A stretch of DNA of 64,000 bases from Candidatus Hydrothermus pacificus (GTDB taxonomy: Bacteria > Hydrothermota > Hydrothermia > Hydrothermales > Hydrothermaceae). The notes beneath the pieces were generated by a model that saw only the letters and a list, made by a program, of their open reading frames with translations, was not told where the DNA came from and did not search any database. Below, one piece after another: positions 31,392 through 41,708 of this stretch; positions within the stretch are counted from its first letter, which is position 1, and the number at the start of each line of letters is the position of its first letter. The translations under genes and the position numbers were made by a program. The stretch spans positions 211,327 to 275,326 of the forward strand of contig MTOH01000001.1 of NCBI GenBank assembly GCA_002011615.1, read 5' to 3'.

Positions 31392-32249
31392 CTAAAAACT
31401 CTCTTTTAAAAGATCTGCAACTTTTTCAAGAAAGACTTTATCTCTTGTTGTAAAGGCAGAGGGCATATCTGAATCTATATCTATCTCACCTACAATCCTG
31501 TCACCTTTTTTTATGGGTATAACTATCTCAGACTTTGTGGACGGAAAACAGGCAATATATCTCGAGTCTTTTTTTACATCATCAACTATTATGGTCTGCC
31601 CTTGTGCAACCGCTGCCCCGCATATTCCACTTCCGATGGGAATTCTTTTATGTTCTGTCTCTTCAGAGCCTTTCCATGGTCCAAGAACCAGTTCATTTCC
31701 ATCCACAATGTATATACCAACCCAGTTATAATGTTTAAAATTATCATAAAGCAGTTCCACAGTCTTTTCAAGTAAGTTATCAGGGCTTCTATCTTTCAAC
31801 CATTTTACCTCTTTTAACACGCTTTCCATCTTCAATTTATCCTGTGAAACATCAAGTTCTTCTTCCCAGGTAATTATTGAATGATAATATATTTCATCAC
31901 CTTCGTCAATGCCCCTTGTAATCTCTGAAATATGAACAGAAGTTGCTTTAAATTCTCCAAGAATATAATTGACCGCATCTTCAGGTTTTGAATGCTCCCC
32001 ACAGGTGTATATATCCAGAGCAGCATACTTATGTTCTGGCCATGTATGTATTGAAAGATGAGACTCTGAAATCACTATAACTCCTGATACACCGTTGGGT
32101 GGGAACCTGTGAAAAGAAACAGCCCACACCTGAACATTTGCCTTCTCGGCTGACCTTACAAGTATGTGCTGAACTCTCTCCACATTACCTATTATTTCGG
32201 GGTCACACCCCGATGCCTCCACAATATAATGTTCACCTATGGTTTTCAT
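31392..32249 (-). CDS. speD: S-adenosylmethionine decarboxylase proenzyme fused to fRMsr-like GAF domain
   Basis: GVSGVIVISESHLSIHTWPE and DIYTCG; C-terminal NWVGIY...LGPW.G...GICG...YIAC...SEIVIP...GEIDIDS. Confidence 0.85.
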   Translation of the reverse strand: MKTIGEHYIVEASGCDPEIIGNVERVQHILVRSAEKANVQVWAVSFHRFPPNGVSGVIVISESHLSIHTWPEHKYAALDIYTCGEHSKPEDAVNYILGEFKATSVHISEITRGIDEGDEIYYHSIITWEEELDVSQDKLKMESVLKEVKWLKDRSPDNLLEKTVELLYDNFKHYNWVGIYIVDGNELVLGPWKGSEETEHKRIPIGSGICGAAVAQGQTIIVDDVKKDSRYIACFPSTKSEIVIPIKKGDRIVGEIDIDSDMPSAFTTRDKVFLEKVADLLKESF

Positions 32250-32354
32250 TTTCCTTTCTTTTTTTGTTTTGTTGTGTTTTATTTTAAAATATCAAGAGTG
32301 TATTTTTCAAATCCTTGTTGAATTTTATATATATTTTTATGTATAATTTAAAAG

Positions 32355-33248
32355 ATGAGAAAATTAATTTTGATAGTATTTCCTGTTTTGTTGTGGGCGG
32401 GAACATACGATTACCTGAAAATACCTGTGTCATCAAAAGAAAGTTCTATTTTCAAACCCCATGGCCTTTTCGGGGAATCACCCTCTGCCCTTTTTGTGAA
32501 TCCCGCATCAATCTTTGAAGCATCCAGGAGTCTGGACGCAGGTTATGGAAACTATATAATTGATATGCATCAGGGTTATATTTCTTATCCTTTCTACAGG
32601 AGAGAAAAACCTTTTATAGGGGTCGGTATCCATTTTCTACATCTTGGAAAATTCACAAAAACCGATACATTTGGTAATATAAAAGGAGAATACAGCGGTC
32701 AAAATATAGCTCTTGACCTTTATTTCCCTGTAATAAAGAAGTATAAAATTGCAGGGGCTTTTGAGCTGTATTACAATCTTCTGGATGAATACAACTCCCT
32801 GGCTACTGCAATAAGCTTGGGATGGAACTTCTTTGAAAAAGTCGCTTTTAAAGATGGTCTGTGGAGGAATTCTCTAATAATAAAACACATAGGATTTGAA
32901 ATAAAGTCCTTTGATAAAGAAAGAGCAGAACTTCCCCTCACAATCCTGTGGATTTCAGGAATCAGGTTCAACACATTCCAGGCAGGAATCTCCCTTTATT
33001 ACACATTAAACAGCGGTTTTGATGCAGAAATTTCATATTTATACAGATGGGGCAGATATTTAAAAGTAGCTTTTGGATATACGACTGCCTACAGGGATGT
33101 AAACGTTGAAGAGAATATAAGACATTTATTCTCAGGATTTGCACTGGGTATGGGAATTGACATAAAGAGGATTTCTCTATTCTATTCTTACACACCTTTC
33201 GGGGTTTTTGGGGATATTCACAGGATAGATATTTCCTATAAATTTTGA
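32355..33248 (+). CDS. PorV/PorQ-like (UPF0164) outer-membrane protein
   Basis: ALFVNPASI, G.F.KTD..G..GEY, C-terminus YSY.PFG..G..HR.DISY.F. Confidence 0.65.
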   Translation: MRKLILIVFPVLLWAGTYDYLKIPVSSKESSIFKPHGLFGESPSALFVNPASIFEASRSLDAGYGNYIIDMHQGYISYPFYRREKPFIGVGIHFLHLGKFTKTDTFGNIKGEYSGQNIALDLYFPVIKKYKIAGAFELYYNLLDEYNSLATAISLGWNFFEKVAFKDGLWRNSLIIKHIGFEIKSFDKERAELPLTILWISGIRFNTFQAGISLYYTLNSGFDAEISYLYRWGRYLKVAFGYTTAYRDVNVEENIRHLFSGFALGMGIDIKRISLFYSYTPFGVFGDIHRIDISYKF

Positions 33249-34975
33249 AGATTTTTATTTCATTCATCCTTTCATGCGGGTTATCTTTTTTAACCTATTT
33301 TAAAAACTTCAAACTCTCCCTTTTTCTCATCAGGAGTTTATGGATTTTTCTTCTCCTCAACATAATACTTCACCCTGTATTTAACATTAATGTAAAAGAA
33401 AGTTATAAAAATATTGTTATCCTTGATAGAACCGCGAGTATGAAACAAAAAGGGAAACTTAATGAAGCCAGGAACTTCTTAAATAAAGTTAAAGGTAAGT
33501 ATGAAGTCCTATATCTTGATGAAAAAAATGCAAATAATATCATTCGTGAAATAAAAAATCAAAAAATTTCAGAAATTTTGCTTTTGTCTGACGGTTATTT
33601 TTCTAACAGATTTAGAAAATTCCTTGAGAATCTCAAGACCCCTATAAGCACCTTCACATTTCCAGAAGTGGAAGCATCAGAAAATGTTGAAATAAAAATC
33701 CCTTCTTTTGTTAAGGAAAAGGATGAATTTCTTATAGCAATTAAGATTTATTCAGAGGATTCCATTGACGCAGAAATAAATATCAAAGGCGACGGAATAG
33801 ATATAAAGAAAAATGTAAACATAAAAAAAGGAAGCAATTATTTTAATCAAAAGCTTTTTTATGAAAGGCCTGGAACCAAAAAAATTCGTGTCTCACTTTT
33901 AAAAGGCAATAAAAGGGTGAGCAGGGAATATCAAATAAATGTTATAAAAAAAAGACCCGAGATTGTTGTATTCTGTCAAAAACCATTACCTTTGTTAAAG
34001 ATTATAAAGAAATTCTTACAGGAAAATATAAGAGAAGATATTAAAATTTTTGTTGAAATTTCAAAAGGCAAGATAAAACAAATCAACGGGTTTGTGAAAA
34101 ATAGAGAAATACCTGAAAGGGCTGAATGGCTTATAGTGATTTCACCTGATTTTTCAAAGAATTACGCTGAATTAATTCACGCTGATAAATTTTTCTATTT
34201 TTATGAGGACAGACCATCAGAAAAATTAACCGGTAAGGCACGAGTAGAAGATAAGAATTTGAGTGTTGAACTTCCTGTTACTGAACTCAGGATTGTTCCC
34301 GTTAGAATAAAAGGCAAAGAAACTCTCATTATAAAATCGGGAAATAAATCTTTTCCAATAATTGTAAACAAAGATAATAGCACTTATGTCCTTCTGGGAA
34401 ATTTATTTGAAATCTTATCAGCTGTTGATGAAAGTCTAAAAAATAAAATTCTTGATTATATTTTTAAAACTTCTGAATTGGAAAACCCGGCAATTATTTA
34501 TTATGAAATTCCTGAAAGACCCGAAGAAAAAAAAGATTTTTATATAAAAGCATTTGTCTTTACACCTGTTCTAAAGCCTGCTTACAATTCAAAGGTTTTA
34601 CTTAAATTTAATAAAAACTTCTATCCTATGATTTATCAGGGTAAAGGTATTTTCCTGTCTCCTCCACTCAGAATGGACCCGGGAAGGTATGAATTTGAGA
34701 TAATTGCTCAAAAAGATAGATTTTCGAAAACTTTAAAAGACTCTCTTGAAGTCTTAACTCCTGAAGCAAAAGAGGGTATTGACAGAGAATATTTATCTTT
34801 TCTTACCAGAAAAACAGGTGGTAAGAAAGTCCGTTCAAGTTATGAATTTAGAGAAACATCTTATTACAGCAGAAAATACAGCTTTGATTTGAGAAAAAAC
34901 CTTTTATCCTATATCCTTATAGCCTTAATTTTCTCCTTTGAAATTTTTCTTAGAAAAAGAGAAGGATTTTTGTAA
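33245..34975 (+). CDS. Membrane-anchored hypothetical protein with vWA-like start
   Basis: N- and C-terminal TM segments; ILDRTASM and LLSDG; C-terminus EIFLRKREG. Confidence 0.5.
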   Translation: MKIFISFILSCGLSFLTYFKNFKLSLFLIRSLWIFLLLNIILHPVFNINVKESYKNIVILDRTASMKQKGKLNEARNFLNKVKGKYEVLYLDEKNANNIIREIKNQKISEILLLSDGYFSNRFRKFLENLKTPISTFTFPEVEASENVEIKIPSFVKEKDEFLIAIKIYSEDSIDAEINIKGDGIDIKKNVNIKKGSNYFNQKLFYERPGTKKIRVSLLKGNKRVSREYQINVIKKRPEIVVFCQKPLPLLKIIKKFLQENIREDIKIFVEISKGKIKQINGFVKNREIPERAEWLIVISPDFSKNYAELIHADKFFYFYEDRPSEKLTGKARVEDKNLSVELPVTELRIVPVRIKGKETLIIKSGNKSFPIIVNKDNSTYVLLGNLFEILSAVDESLKNKILDYIFKTSELENPAIIYYEIPERPEEKKDFYIKAFVFTPVLKPAYNSKVLLKFNKNFYPMIYQGKGIFLSPPLRMDPGRYEFEIIAQKDRFSKTLKDSLEVLTPEAKEGIDREYLSFLTRKTGGKKVRSSYEFRETSYYSRKYSFDLRKNLLSYILIALIFSFEIFLRKREGFL

Positions 34976-35334
34976 TGTGGATACTCAGAGTTAAAAGAAC
35001 TTTTAAGGCAAGACATTTTTTGCCTCTCTACAAAGGCAAAAAAGAGAAAAGCCATCCACATAAATTCAGTGTGGAGGTTGAAATAGAGTGCAAGGAGCTG
35101 AGTAAGGAAGGTTATGGAATAGATTTTTTTGAGATAGAAAATTATTTAAAAGAAATACTGCCAGAGGGGAAAGATTTAAACGACGAGTTTAAATTTATAG
35201 CCTCAACAGAAAACTTTGCAAAATGGATATATTATAAAGTTAAAGAAAAATTTCCTGATGTTAAAAGAGTTATTTTATGGGAAAATCCGAGATTCTGTGC
35301 AATATACAGGGAGGATGAAAATGAAACTTGTTGA
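34975..35334 (+). CDS. 6-pyruvoyl-tetrahydropterin synthase family (QueD/PTPS), PTPS-III-like motif
   Basis: F.ARH.L, EKSHPH, DFFEI, STENFA, LWEN; no catalytic Cys. Confidence 0.8.
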   Translation: MWILRVKRTFKARHFLPLYKGKKEKSHPHKFSVEVEIECKELSKEGYGIDFFEIENYLKEILPEGKDLNDEFKFIASTENFAKWIYYKVKEKFPDVKRVILWENPRFCAIYREDENETC

Positions 35335-37141
35335 ATGTGTCCCAAATTTTTCTGAAGGGAAAAATATAAAGGTTATTGAGCAAATAGTTGAAGAAATCAA
35401 ATCTGTTGAGGGAGTGAAGGTGATGGATGTTGACCCTGGAAAAGAAACAAACAGAACAGTGGTTACATTTATAGGTTCTCCTGAGTCAGTTAAAGAGGCT
35501 GCATTCCTTGCAATCAAAAAAGCCTCAGAATTAATAGATATGAGAAAACACAAAGGTGCTCATCCCAGAATGGGTGCAACCGATGTATGCCCCTTTGTCC
35601 CTGTTTCAGAGGTAACCGATGAAGAGTGTGTCGAGATAGCAAAGGAGGTGGCAAAAAGAGTGGGTGAGGAATTAAAGATTCCTGTTTACCTTTATGAAAA
35701 GGCAGCCACAAAACCCGAGAGGAAAAATCTTGCCGTTATAAGAGAGGGAGAATACGAGGGTTTACCAGAAAAGCTCAAAAACCCGGAATGGAAGCCCGAT
35801 TATGGACCTGCTGAATTCAATCCAAAGGCAGGCGCAACTGTTATAGGTGTAAGGGATTTTTTAATTGCCTACAACATAAATTTAAATACAAGGGAAAAGA
35901 GGTATGCAACCGATATTGCCTTTGAATTGAGGGAAAAGGGGAGAAGTGCAAGGAAAGGAGATATAAAACCCTTTTATTTCAAGGGAGAGATTTTAAGGTA
36001 TAAAGAAAATCACTTTCCCTGTGGAAACTGCAACTTTATCGGAAAAACGATTGATGAGACTGCAAAACATTGCAGGGAAAAACATGGTTATGACTTAAAA
36101 GAACTTTTAAAGATGCACGGCATAGACCCTGAAAATCCTGTTGGAAGACCCGTTAAAAAGCCCGGGAAATTTAAACACTGTAAGGCAATAGGATGGATGA
36201 TTCCAGAATATGGAAGAGCTCAAATCAGTATAAATTTAACGAACCACAAATTAACACCTCCTCATCTTGTTTATGAACATGCTAAAAAACTTGCTGAAGA
36301 AAGAGGTCTGACAGTAACAGGAAGTGAAGTGGTGGGTCTAATTCCCTATGAAGCACTTTTAGAAGCAGGTAAGTACTATCTAAAAAGGCAGGGAAAACCT
36401 GTTGCCATCCCTGTTAAAGATATACTTGAAACAGCAATTCAATCACTTGGTCTAAGAGATGTTTCAGACTTTGAAATTGAAAAAAAAGTAATAGGTCTTC
36501 CTGAATTCTTTTTTTCAGAACTCCCTGATTTAAAGGTAAAAGATTTTGCTGATGAAATCTCAAGGGGGACACCTTCTCCTGGAGGAGGCTCTGTCTCAGC
36601 ACTCTGCGGTAGCCTGGGCTCTGCTCTCTGTGCAATGGTTCTTAACCTTTCCTTTGACAGAATAAAACCCAGGAAATTAAAAGAAAAACTTTTTGAAATA
36701 TCCGATGAATTAAGGGAATTAAAGGATTCCTTAACTGTTCTCGTTGATAAGGACACAACCGCATTTGACAATTATATAAAGGCTTTAAGATTACCATCAA
36801 AAACTGAAGAGGAGAAAAAAGAAAAACAAAAGGCTGTTAAAAAAGCCCTTTTAAACGCAATAGATGTTCCTTTTTCTGTTATGAAAAAATCTTTAAGAGC
36901 TTCGGAACTTGCTCAGAAAGTTTTAAAATACGGAATGGAATCAGCCCTTTCGGATGTGGGGTGTTCCTTTCTTTCGCTTTACTCTGCCTTTTACGGTGCC
37001 TATATGAATGTTCTGATAAACTTAAAAAATCTTGAAGGTGATGAAAAGAAAAGGATAAAAAAACAGGCAGAAAAAATGGAAAAAGAATTTAAAAAAATAT
37101 TCAAAAAGAATTTAAATAAAATATTTGGGAAATTAATTTAA
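35321..37141 (+). CDS. ftcD: Glutamate formimidoyltransferase-cyclodeaminase with internal C2H2-like insert
   Basis: MKLVECVPNFSEG, GAHPRMGATDVCPF, SEVVGL, TPSPGGGSVSA; true start at 35321 after a GGAGG SD. Confidence 0.9.
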   Translation: MKLVECVPNFSEGKNIKVIEQIVEEIKSVEGVKVMDVDPGKETNRTVVTFIGSPESVKEAAFLAIKKASELIDMRKHKGAHPRMGATDVCPFVPVSEVTDEECVEIAKEVAKRVGEELKIPVYLYEKAATKPERKNLAVIREGEYEGLPEKLKNPEWKPDYGPAEFNPKAGATVIGVRDFLIAYNINLNTREKRYATDIAFELREKGRSARKGDIKPFYFKGEILRYKENHFPCGNCNFIGKTIDETAKHCREKHGYDLKELLKMHGIDPENPVGRPVKKPGKFKHCKAIGWMIPEYGRAQISINLTNHKLTPPHLVYEHAKKLAEERGLTVTGSEVVGLIPYEALLEAGKYYLKRQGKPVAIPVKDILETAIQSLGLRDVSDFEIEKKVIGLPEFFFSELPDLKVKDFADEISRGTPSPGGGSVSALCGSLGSALCAMVLNLSFDRIKPRKLKEKLFEISDELRELKDSLTVLVDKDTTAFDNYIKALRLPSKTEEEKKEKQKAVKKALLNAIDVPFSVMKKSLRASELAQKVLKYGMESALSDVGCSFLSLYSAFYGAYMNVLINLKNLEGDEKKRIKKQAEKMEKEFKKIFKKNLNKIFGKLI

Positions 37142-37251
37142 TTCCTTCACTGTTTCAAAACCTGTCAGAATGATTCATATTTTTCACTTTTCACCTTTAA
37201 CCTCCAACTCTTTGCTTTTCACCCCTTTTCTTTCAACTTTCACTCAAATCC

Positions 37252-37294
37252 GTGACCTGTATCACTTGACTTTTTAATAAAAACATAGTATTAT
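37252..37294 (+). promoter_or_regulatory. sigma70 promoter with adjacent CRP/FNR-like palindrome
   Basis: GTGA-N6-TCAC (37252-37265) abutting TTGACT(37266)-N17-TATTAT(37289). Confidence 0.6.
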
Positions 37295-37379
37295 TATGAT
37301 ATGAATAAAAGTCCTGAGAGGGTATTTTTCTTCGGTAAAATACTTTATCAGAGGACTTGAAATTTTAAAAGGAGGTTAT

Positions 37380-39044
37380 ATGACAAACAAAATAAAATAC
37401 CTGATAGCAGGTATGATGATAATAGGAGCCGGTAAATATCTTGGTTCCCAAAGTATTACAACTGGAGAAGGAATTTTACAGACTGGTCCATGGGTACATC
37501 CTCAACCAGATCAAGTTCCTGAAGATGAGATTTACCCTTCTGGAACAATCATTCCTGTAAACACTGTTTTTGACTGGGCAGAAAATTCTCCACCATCACC
37601 TTATAGAGAAAATCTGGATACTGGAAATTCAGGCAATGGAGAACTAAAATGGGGAAATGACATACAGATCCATTCAGGAGGTACTCTTACATTCGGATGG
37701 CTTTCAATGGACCATGCTCAAAACGGAGAATTATTTGTCACAATTCTGAAACACGAACCTGGAACCGCTGATACAATTTATCATTATGGTTCCTTAGACA
37801 ATGGAGTAACATGGATTCCTCATTATGCTATGTATCCTAGCCCAAGTATTTACGGTGATACAATCCTTCAGCAGGAAGTAATTATAGGTCCTGGAACAAA
37901 TCCATGGATTTACACATTTTTCCATGCAAAAAGAACAGGACAGACAAACTCAGGTGGAATTTACTTAAGAAGAATGAGAGCAGACAGTTCAACATGGGAC
38001 TGGATAACCATTGCAACACCCGGGGATTCCATAGGGCATTTTGGTGTTGATAGAGACCTGAACGGAAACCTTTATCTGGTTTACATGAAACAGTACAGTG
38101 GAGGATGGCACATATACAGAACAAGGTCACAGGACGAAGGACTAACATGGGATGGACCTAATACTGTTTCTTCAGGGGATAGAAACTGGCCACAGATTGC
38201 ATCGGGTGCCGAGAACAAACAATATATTGTTTACGAGGCAGATAATGAATTAATAAGAGTTGGAGCCTATCAGAACTGGTCACCGGGGCCATTTACTGAT
38301 ATAGAATCCGGTGATGGAGAATATGAGTTCCAGCCCACTGTTGCTGCTTCAAGAACACAGCCAGCAGCCTCACAAACAGCATGGATTATTTATGCCAATG
38401 ACCATAACCCGAATATAGACATTCATTATACCTACACAACTGATGGAGGTTCTTCATGGGCTGCAGGAACACCCTGGCCTCCTACGAACATTGGTCATGA
38501 TGTATGGGACATGCATCATCCATGGGTTCATGTGAGTTATGATTACTCTGCTGACATTAACAGTGCTATAGTTTCTGTGCCTTCCACTTCCTGGGATTCA
38601 ATCGTTTTTGCATGGGCTTTTTCTTCTAACCCTTCAACATGGAATGATAGAGGTGTTTATAATGACTACAGAGCAACAGGTGAATATGGGGCAAGACTTG
38701 ATATTACAAGTGGTATGGGTGGAACAGGGATTGTTTACAGGCAATGGGGATCAGGCAATGTCTGGTTTGACTACTGGTGGAATATAGGTGTTGAGGAACT
38801 CGGCAAAGTTAAAGCCCTTTATTCCTACAATGTAATCCCCACCAGAGGCGGAGCCCTTATTAAGTTTACTTTACCTCATGGAAAAATGACAAGAATAAAT
38901 GTCTATTCTCCTTCAGGAAGAAATCTTAAATCCATTGAAAAATACTTTGATTCAGGAGTTAACACATACAGAGTCTCTTTAAAGACAGGAATATACTTTA
39001 TTAAAATAGACAACCAGACCGCAAAAATCGTAACAGTTAAGTAA
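37380..39044 (+). CDS. Secreted BNR-like protein with T9SS-like CTD
   Basis: SD AAGGAGG; signal peptide; GSLDNGVTW, RSQDEGLTW, TTDGGSSW; C-terminus YS.SGR...TGIYFIK. Confidence 0.7.
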   Translation: MTNKIKYLIAGMMIIGAGKYLGSQSITTGEGILQTGPWVHPQPDQVPEDEIYPSGTIIPVNTVFDWAENSPPSPYRENLDTGNSGNGELKWGNDIQIHSGGTLTFGWLSMDHAQNGELFVTILKHEPGTADTIYHYGSLDNGVTWIPHYAMYPSPSIYGDTILQQEVIIGPGTNPWIYTFFHAKRTGQTNSGGIYLRRMRADSSTWDWITIATPGDSIGHFGVDRDLNGNLYLVYMKQYSGGWHIYRTRSQDEGLTWDGPNTVSSGDRNWPQIASGAENKQYIVYEADNELIRVGAYQNWSPGPFTDIESGDGEYEFQPTVAASRTQPAASQTAWIIYANDHNPNIDIHYTYTTDGGSSWAAGTPWPPTNIGHDVWDMHHPWVHVSYDYSADINSAIVSVPSTSWDSIVFAWAFSSNPSTWNDRGVYNDYRATGEYGARLDITSGMGGTGIVYRQWGSGNVWFDYWWNIGVEELGKVKALYSYNVIPTRGGALIKFTLPHGKMTRINVYSPSGRNLKSIEKYFDSGVNTYRVSLKTGIYFIKIDNQTAKIVTVK

Positions 39045-39063
39045 GACAAATTTTTAAAAAAAT

Positions 39064-39094
39064 AAAAAGGGGAGCTTCTGTGCTCCCCTTTTTT
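39064..39094 (+). terminator. Intrinsic (bidirectional-type) terminator
   Basis: AAAAAGGGGAGC-ttctgt-GCTCCCCTTTTTT. Confidence 0.85.
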
Positions 39095-39221
39095 ATTTAT
39101 CAGGTATTCTGCAAGGCTTACATTGCAACAAATATGGTTTATAGCAAATTACGAATAGTTTATATTTAATGAGCAATTTTTTATCTCCTATAATGCATTA
39201 TGCATCCTGAATCTTCTCTGT

Positions 39222-39251
39222 TTGACAATTTAAGTTAATGTCATTTAAAAT
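39222..39251 (+). promoter_or_regulatory. sigma70 promoter for the OMP-ahcY-nrdJ-pncB run
   Basis: TTGACA(39222)-N18-TAAAAT(39246); TGACA-N11-TGTCA inverted repeat overlaps the -35. Confidence 0.55.
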
Positions 39252-39273
39252 TTAATCTAAAATTACTTTTCCC

Positions 39274-40476
39274 ATGAATTTGCTCATTTTTATTTTATTT
39301 ATCAATTTTCAGACTGGCATAGAGGTCAGATTCCATAAAAATATGCCTGAAAACCTTTTAAATTATGAAAAAGCAGAGATTTTAAAATTCTTTGAAAATC
39401 AGTATGATACAAAAGAGATAGAAATACCTGAAAACAAAAATTTATTTGACTGGGCAAAGGAAAACAAGTTTGACTTTCTCGTAGAGCTTGAATTTGAAAA
39501 CTATGAGTTCAGAAAAAAGGAATCCTATTTAGAGGCACACTGTGAAATCAAAATCTTTGACATAGATAAAAGAAGAATTTATTCAAAGAATTTTGAGAAA
39601 TTTATTTATCTTGAAAAGGTATCTGACACATCCTTTTATCGCTTTTTAGACTTTATGAATCACAGCATATACTCATTTCTATCACAGGTATTTCCACCCT
39701 TTATGAAAGTTATAGAAGTAAAGGATAATCAGATTATACTCACAAACCCTGTTTTTCCGGAAATAGCCTCAGGAACATGGGTTAAAATATTTAATGAAAA
39801 AGGATTTCCTGTAGCCTATTTAGTTGTCCAGGATATAATAGAAAACAGGATATATGCAAAAAATATTTACTCTGAAAAAGAGATTAAAAAAGGTCAAAAA
39901 GGGGTAATATCCTTTGCTCCTTCAAATGAATGGGGTATGGAAATTTCCTTTTCCTCATTGTTTATCAAATCTGATACAGGTGGATACGGGAATCAAAAAA
40001 ATATAAAACCTTTTAATAACTTTAAATATGGATTTAATTTATCCTTTTACTATAAATGGCTCTCCTTATATGCTCTGAACTTTAATTTTTCCTTTTATCC
40101 GGTAAACCACCTGAACTTATGGAAAATGGCTCTGGCCACTGGTAAGGGAATAAAATTCAAAAATTTGTTTGTTTTACCTGGTGTTGAAACAGGTGTGTTT
40201 CTTGGTTCTCAAAGAGCGAAAAATGGAATAAATACAAATTCTGTATCTTTTTTTATTTCACCTTTTTTAAAATTTGAAATTCCGTTTTATAAAAATTTTG
40301 CGATTTCTTTAAACCTTTCATATCCCCTTTCACAATCTCTAAATTCATTCTGGTATGAAAGAAAAGGTGGAACCGAGTATATAGCGGATTCGCTTCTTAT
40401 ATACAAAGAGATAAAAATCAAAGGTCCTGAGGCAAGGATTTCTCTGAATTATAAATTTAACATTTTCGGATTTTGA
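39274..40476 (+). CDS. Hypothetical outer-membrane protein
   Basis: Signal-like N-terminus; C-terminal aromatic-rich strands ending [10 protein letters not shown]. Confidence 0.45.
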   Translation: MNLLIFILFINFQTGIEVRFHKNMPENLLNYEKAEILKFFENQYDTKEIEIPENKNLFDWAKENKFDFLVELEFENYEFRKKESYLEAHCEIKIFDIDKRRIYSKNFEKFIYLEKVSDTSFYRFLDFMNHSIYSFLSQVFPPFMKVIEVKDNQIILTNPVFPEIASGTWVKIFNEKGFPVAYLVVQDIIENRIYAKNIYSEKEIKKGQKGVISFAPSNEWGMEISFSSLFIKSDTGGYGNQKNIKPFNNFKYGFNLSFYYKWLSLYALNFNFSFYPVNHLNLWKMALATGKGIKFKNLFVLPGVETGVFLGSQRAKNGINTNSVSFFISPFLKFEIPFYKNFAISLNLSYPLSQSLNSFWYERKGGTEYIADSLLIYKEIKIKGPEARISLNYKFNIFGF

Positions 40477-41708
40477 AAATGAAAGAAGAAGGGAAAAAGA
40501 AAATTTTATGGGCTCAAAACTCAATGAAAGTTCTCACGCTCCTTAAGAAGGAGTTTAAAAAGGAAAAGCCTTTTGAAGGACTCAAAATAGCAGCCTGTTT
40601 GCATGTTACAACAGAAACAGCAAATCTGGTCATTGCTCTTCAAGAAGGCGGCGCCAAACTAAGACTCTGTGCTTCAAATCCATTATCAACAAAGGATGAT
40701 GTTGCCGAATCATTAATCGAGGATTACGGGATAGAAGTTTTTGCAAAATACGGTGAATCAAAAGATGAGTATTACCAGAATATTCAAAAATGCCTTTCAA
40801 TGAAACCCCATATAACCCTTGATGATGGTGCTGATCTGACATCGGTTCTGATAGAGAACTTCAAAGAATATGGAGAAAATATGATTGGGGGAACAGAAGA
40901 AACAACCACAGGAGTCATAAGGTTAAAGGCAATGGAAAAGAGGCAAGAACTCCTGTTTCCTGTGATCGCGGTAAATGATTCAAAGACAAAATTTCTTTTT
41001 GATAATAGATATGGAACCGGTCAGAGCACAATAGACGGTATATTAAGAGCAACAAACACACTGATTTCTGGAAAAATCTTTGTTGTGTGTGGATACGGAT
41101 GGTGTGGAAAAGGAGTGGCAATGAGAGCAAGGGGAATGGGAGCAAGAGTTATTGTAACAGAGGTCGACCCCATAAAGGCACTTGAAGCGGTCATGGATGG
41201 ATTTGAGGTAATGAAAATAGAATCTGCTGCAGAAATAGGTGATATATTTGTTACTGTCACAGGCGATAAAAATGTCATAGACAAAGATGCTCTTGAAAAA
41301 ATGAAGGATGGTGCGATACTCGCAAATTCAGGACATTTTGATGTTGAAATAAACAAAAAATATCTTGAGGAAAATTCTATCAAACAGCAAAGAATAAGAC
41401 CTGATGTTGATGAGTATACTCTGAAAAATGGTAAAAGGATTTATCTTCTCGCAGAAGGAAGGCTTGTTAATCTCGCTGCTGCTGAAGGTCATCCTGCAGA
41501 TGTGATGGATATGAGTTTTTCAAACCAGGCACTTGCGGTTAAATTTTTGAAAGAAAATGGAAAGAACCTTGAAAAGAGAGTCTATACCCTTCCTCAAGAG
41601 ATTGATGAAAAAATTGCAAGGTTGAAATTAGAATCAATGGGCATTAAAATAGATGAACTTACAGAGGAGCAAAAAAAGTATTTAAGCAGCTGGAAGGAGG
41701 GAACATGA
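40473..41708 (+). CDS. ahcY: Adenosylhomocysteinase
   Basis: [55 protein letters not shown]. Confidence 0.97.
   Translation: MKMKEEGKKKILWAQNSMKVLTLLKKEFKKEKPFEGLKIAACLHVTTETANLVIALQEGGAKLRLCASNPLSTKDDVAESLIEDYGIEVFAKYGESKDEYYQNIQKCLSMKPHITLDDGADLTSVLIENFKEYGENMIGGTEETTTGVIRLKAMEKRQELLFPVIAVNDSKTKFLFDNRYGTGQSTIDGILRATNTLISGKIFVVCGYGWCGKGVAMRARGMGARVIVTEVDPIKALEAVMDGFEVMKIESAAEIGDIFVTVTGDKNVIDKDALEKMKDGAILANSGHFDVEINKKYLEENSIKQQRIRPDVDEYTLKNGKRIYLLAEGRLVNLAAAEGHPADVMDMSFSNQALAVKFLKENGKNLEKRVYTLPQEIDEKIARLKLESMGIKIDELTEEQKKYLSSWKEGT

Noticed and set aside
37180-37245. Pyrimidine-rich TTTCAC repeats upstream of the 37266 promoter
   Set aside because: Irregular spacing and low complexity in an AT-rich genome; no supportable function
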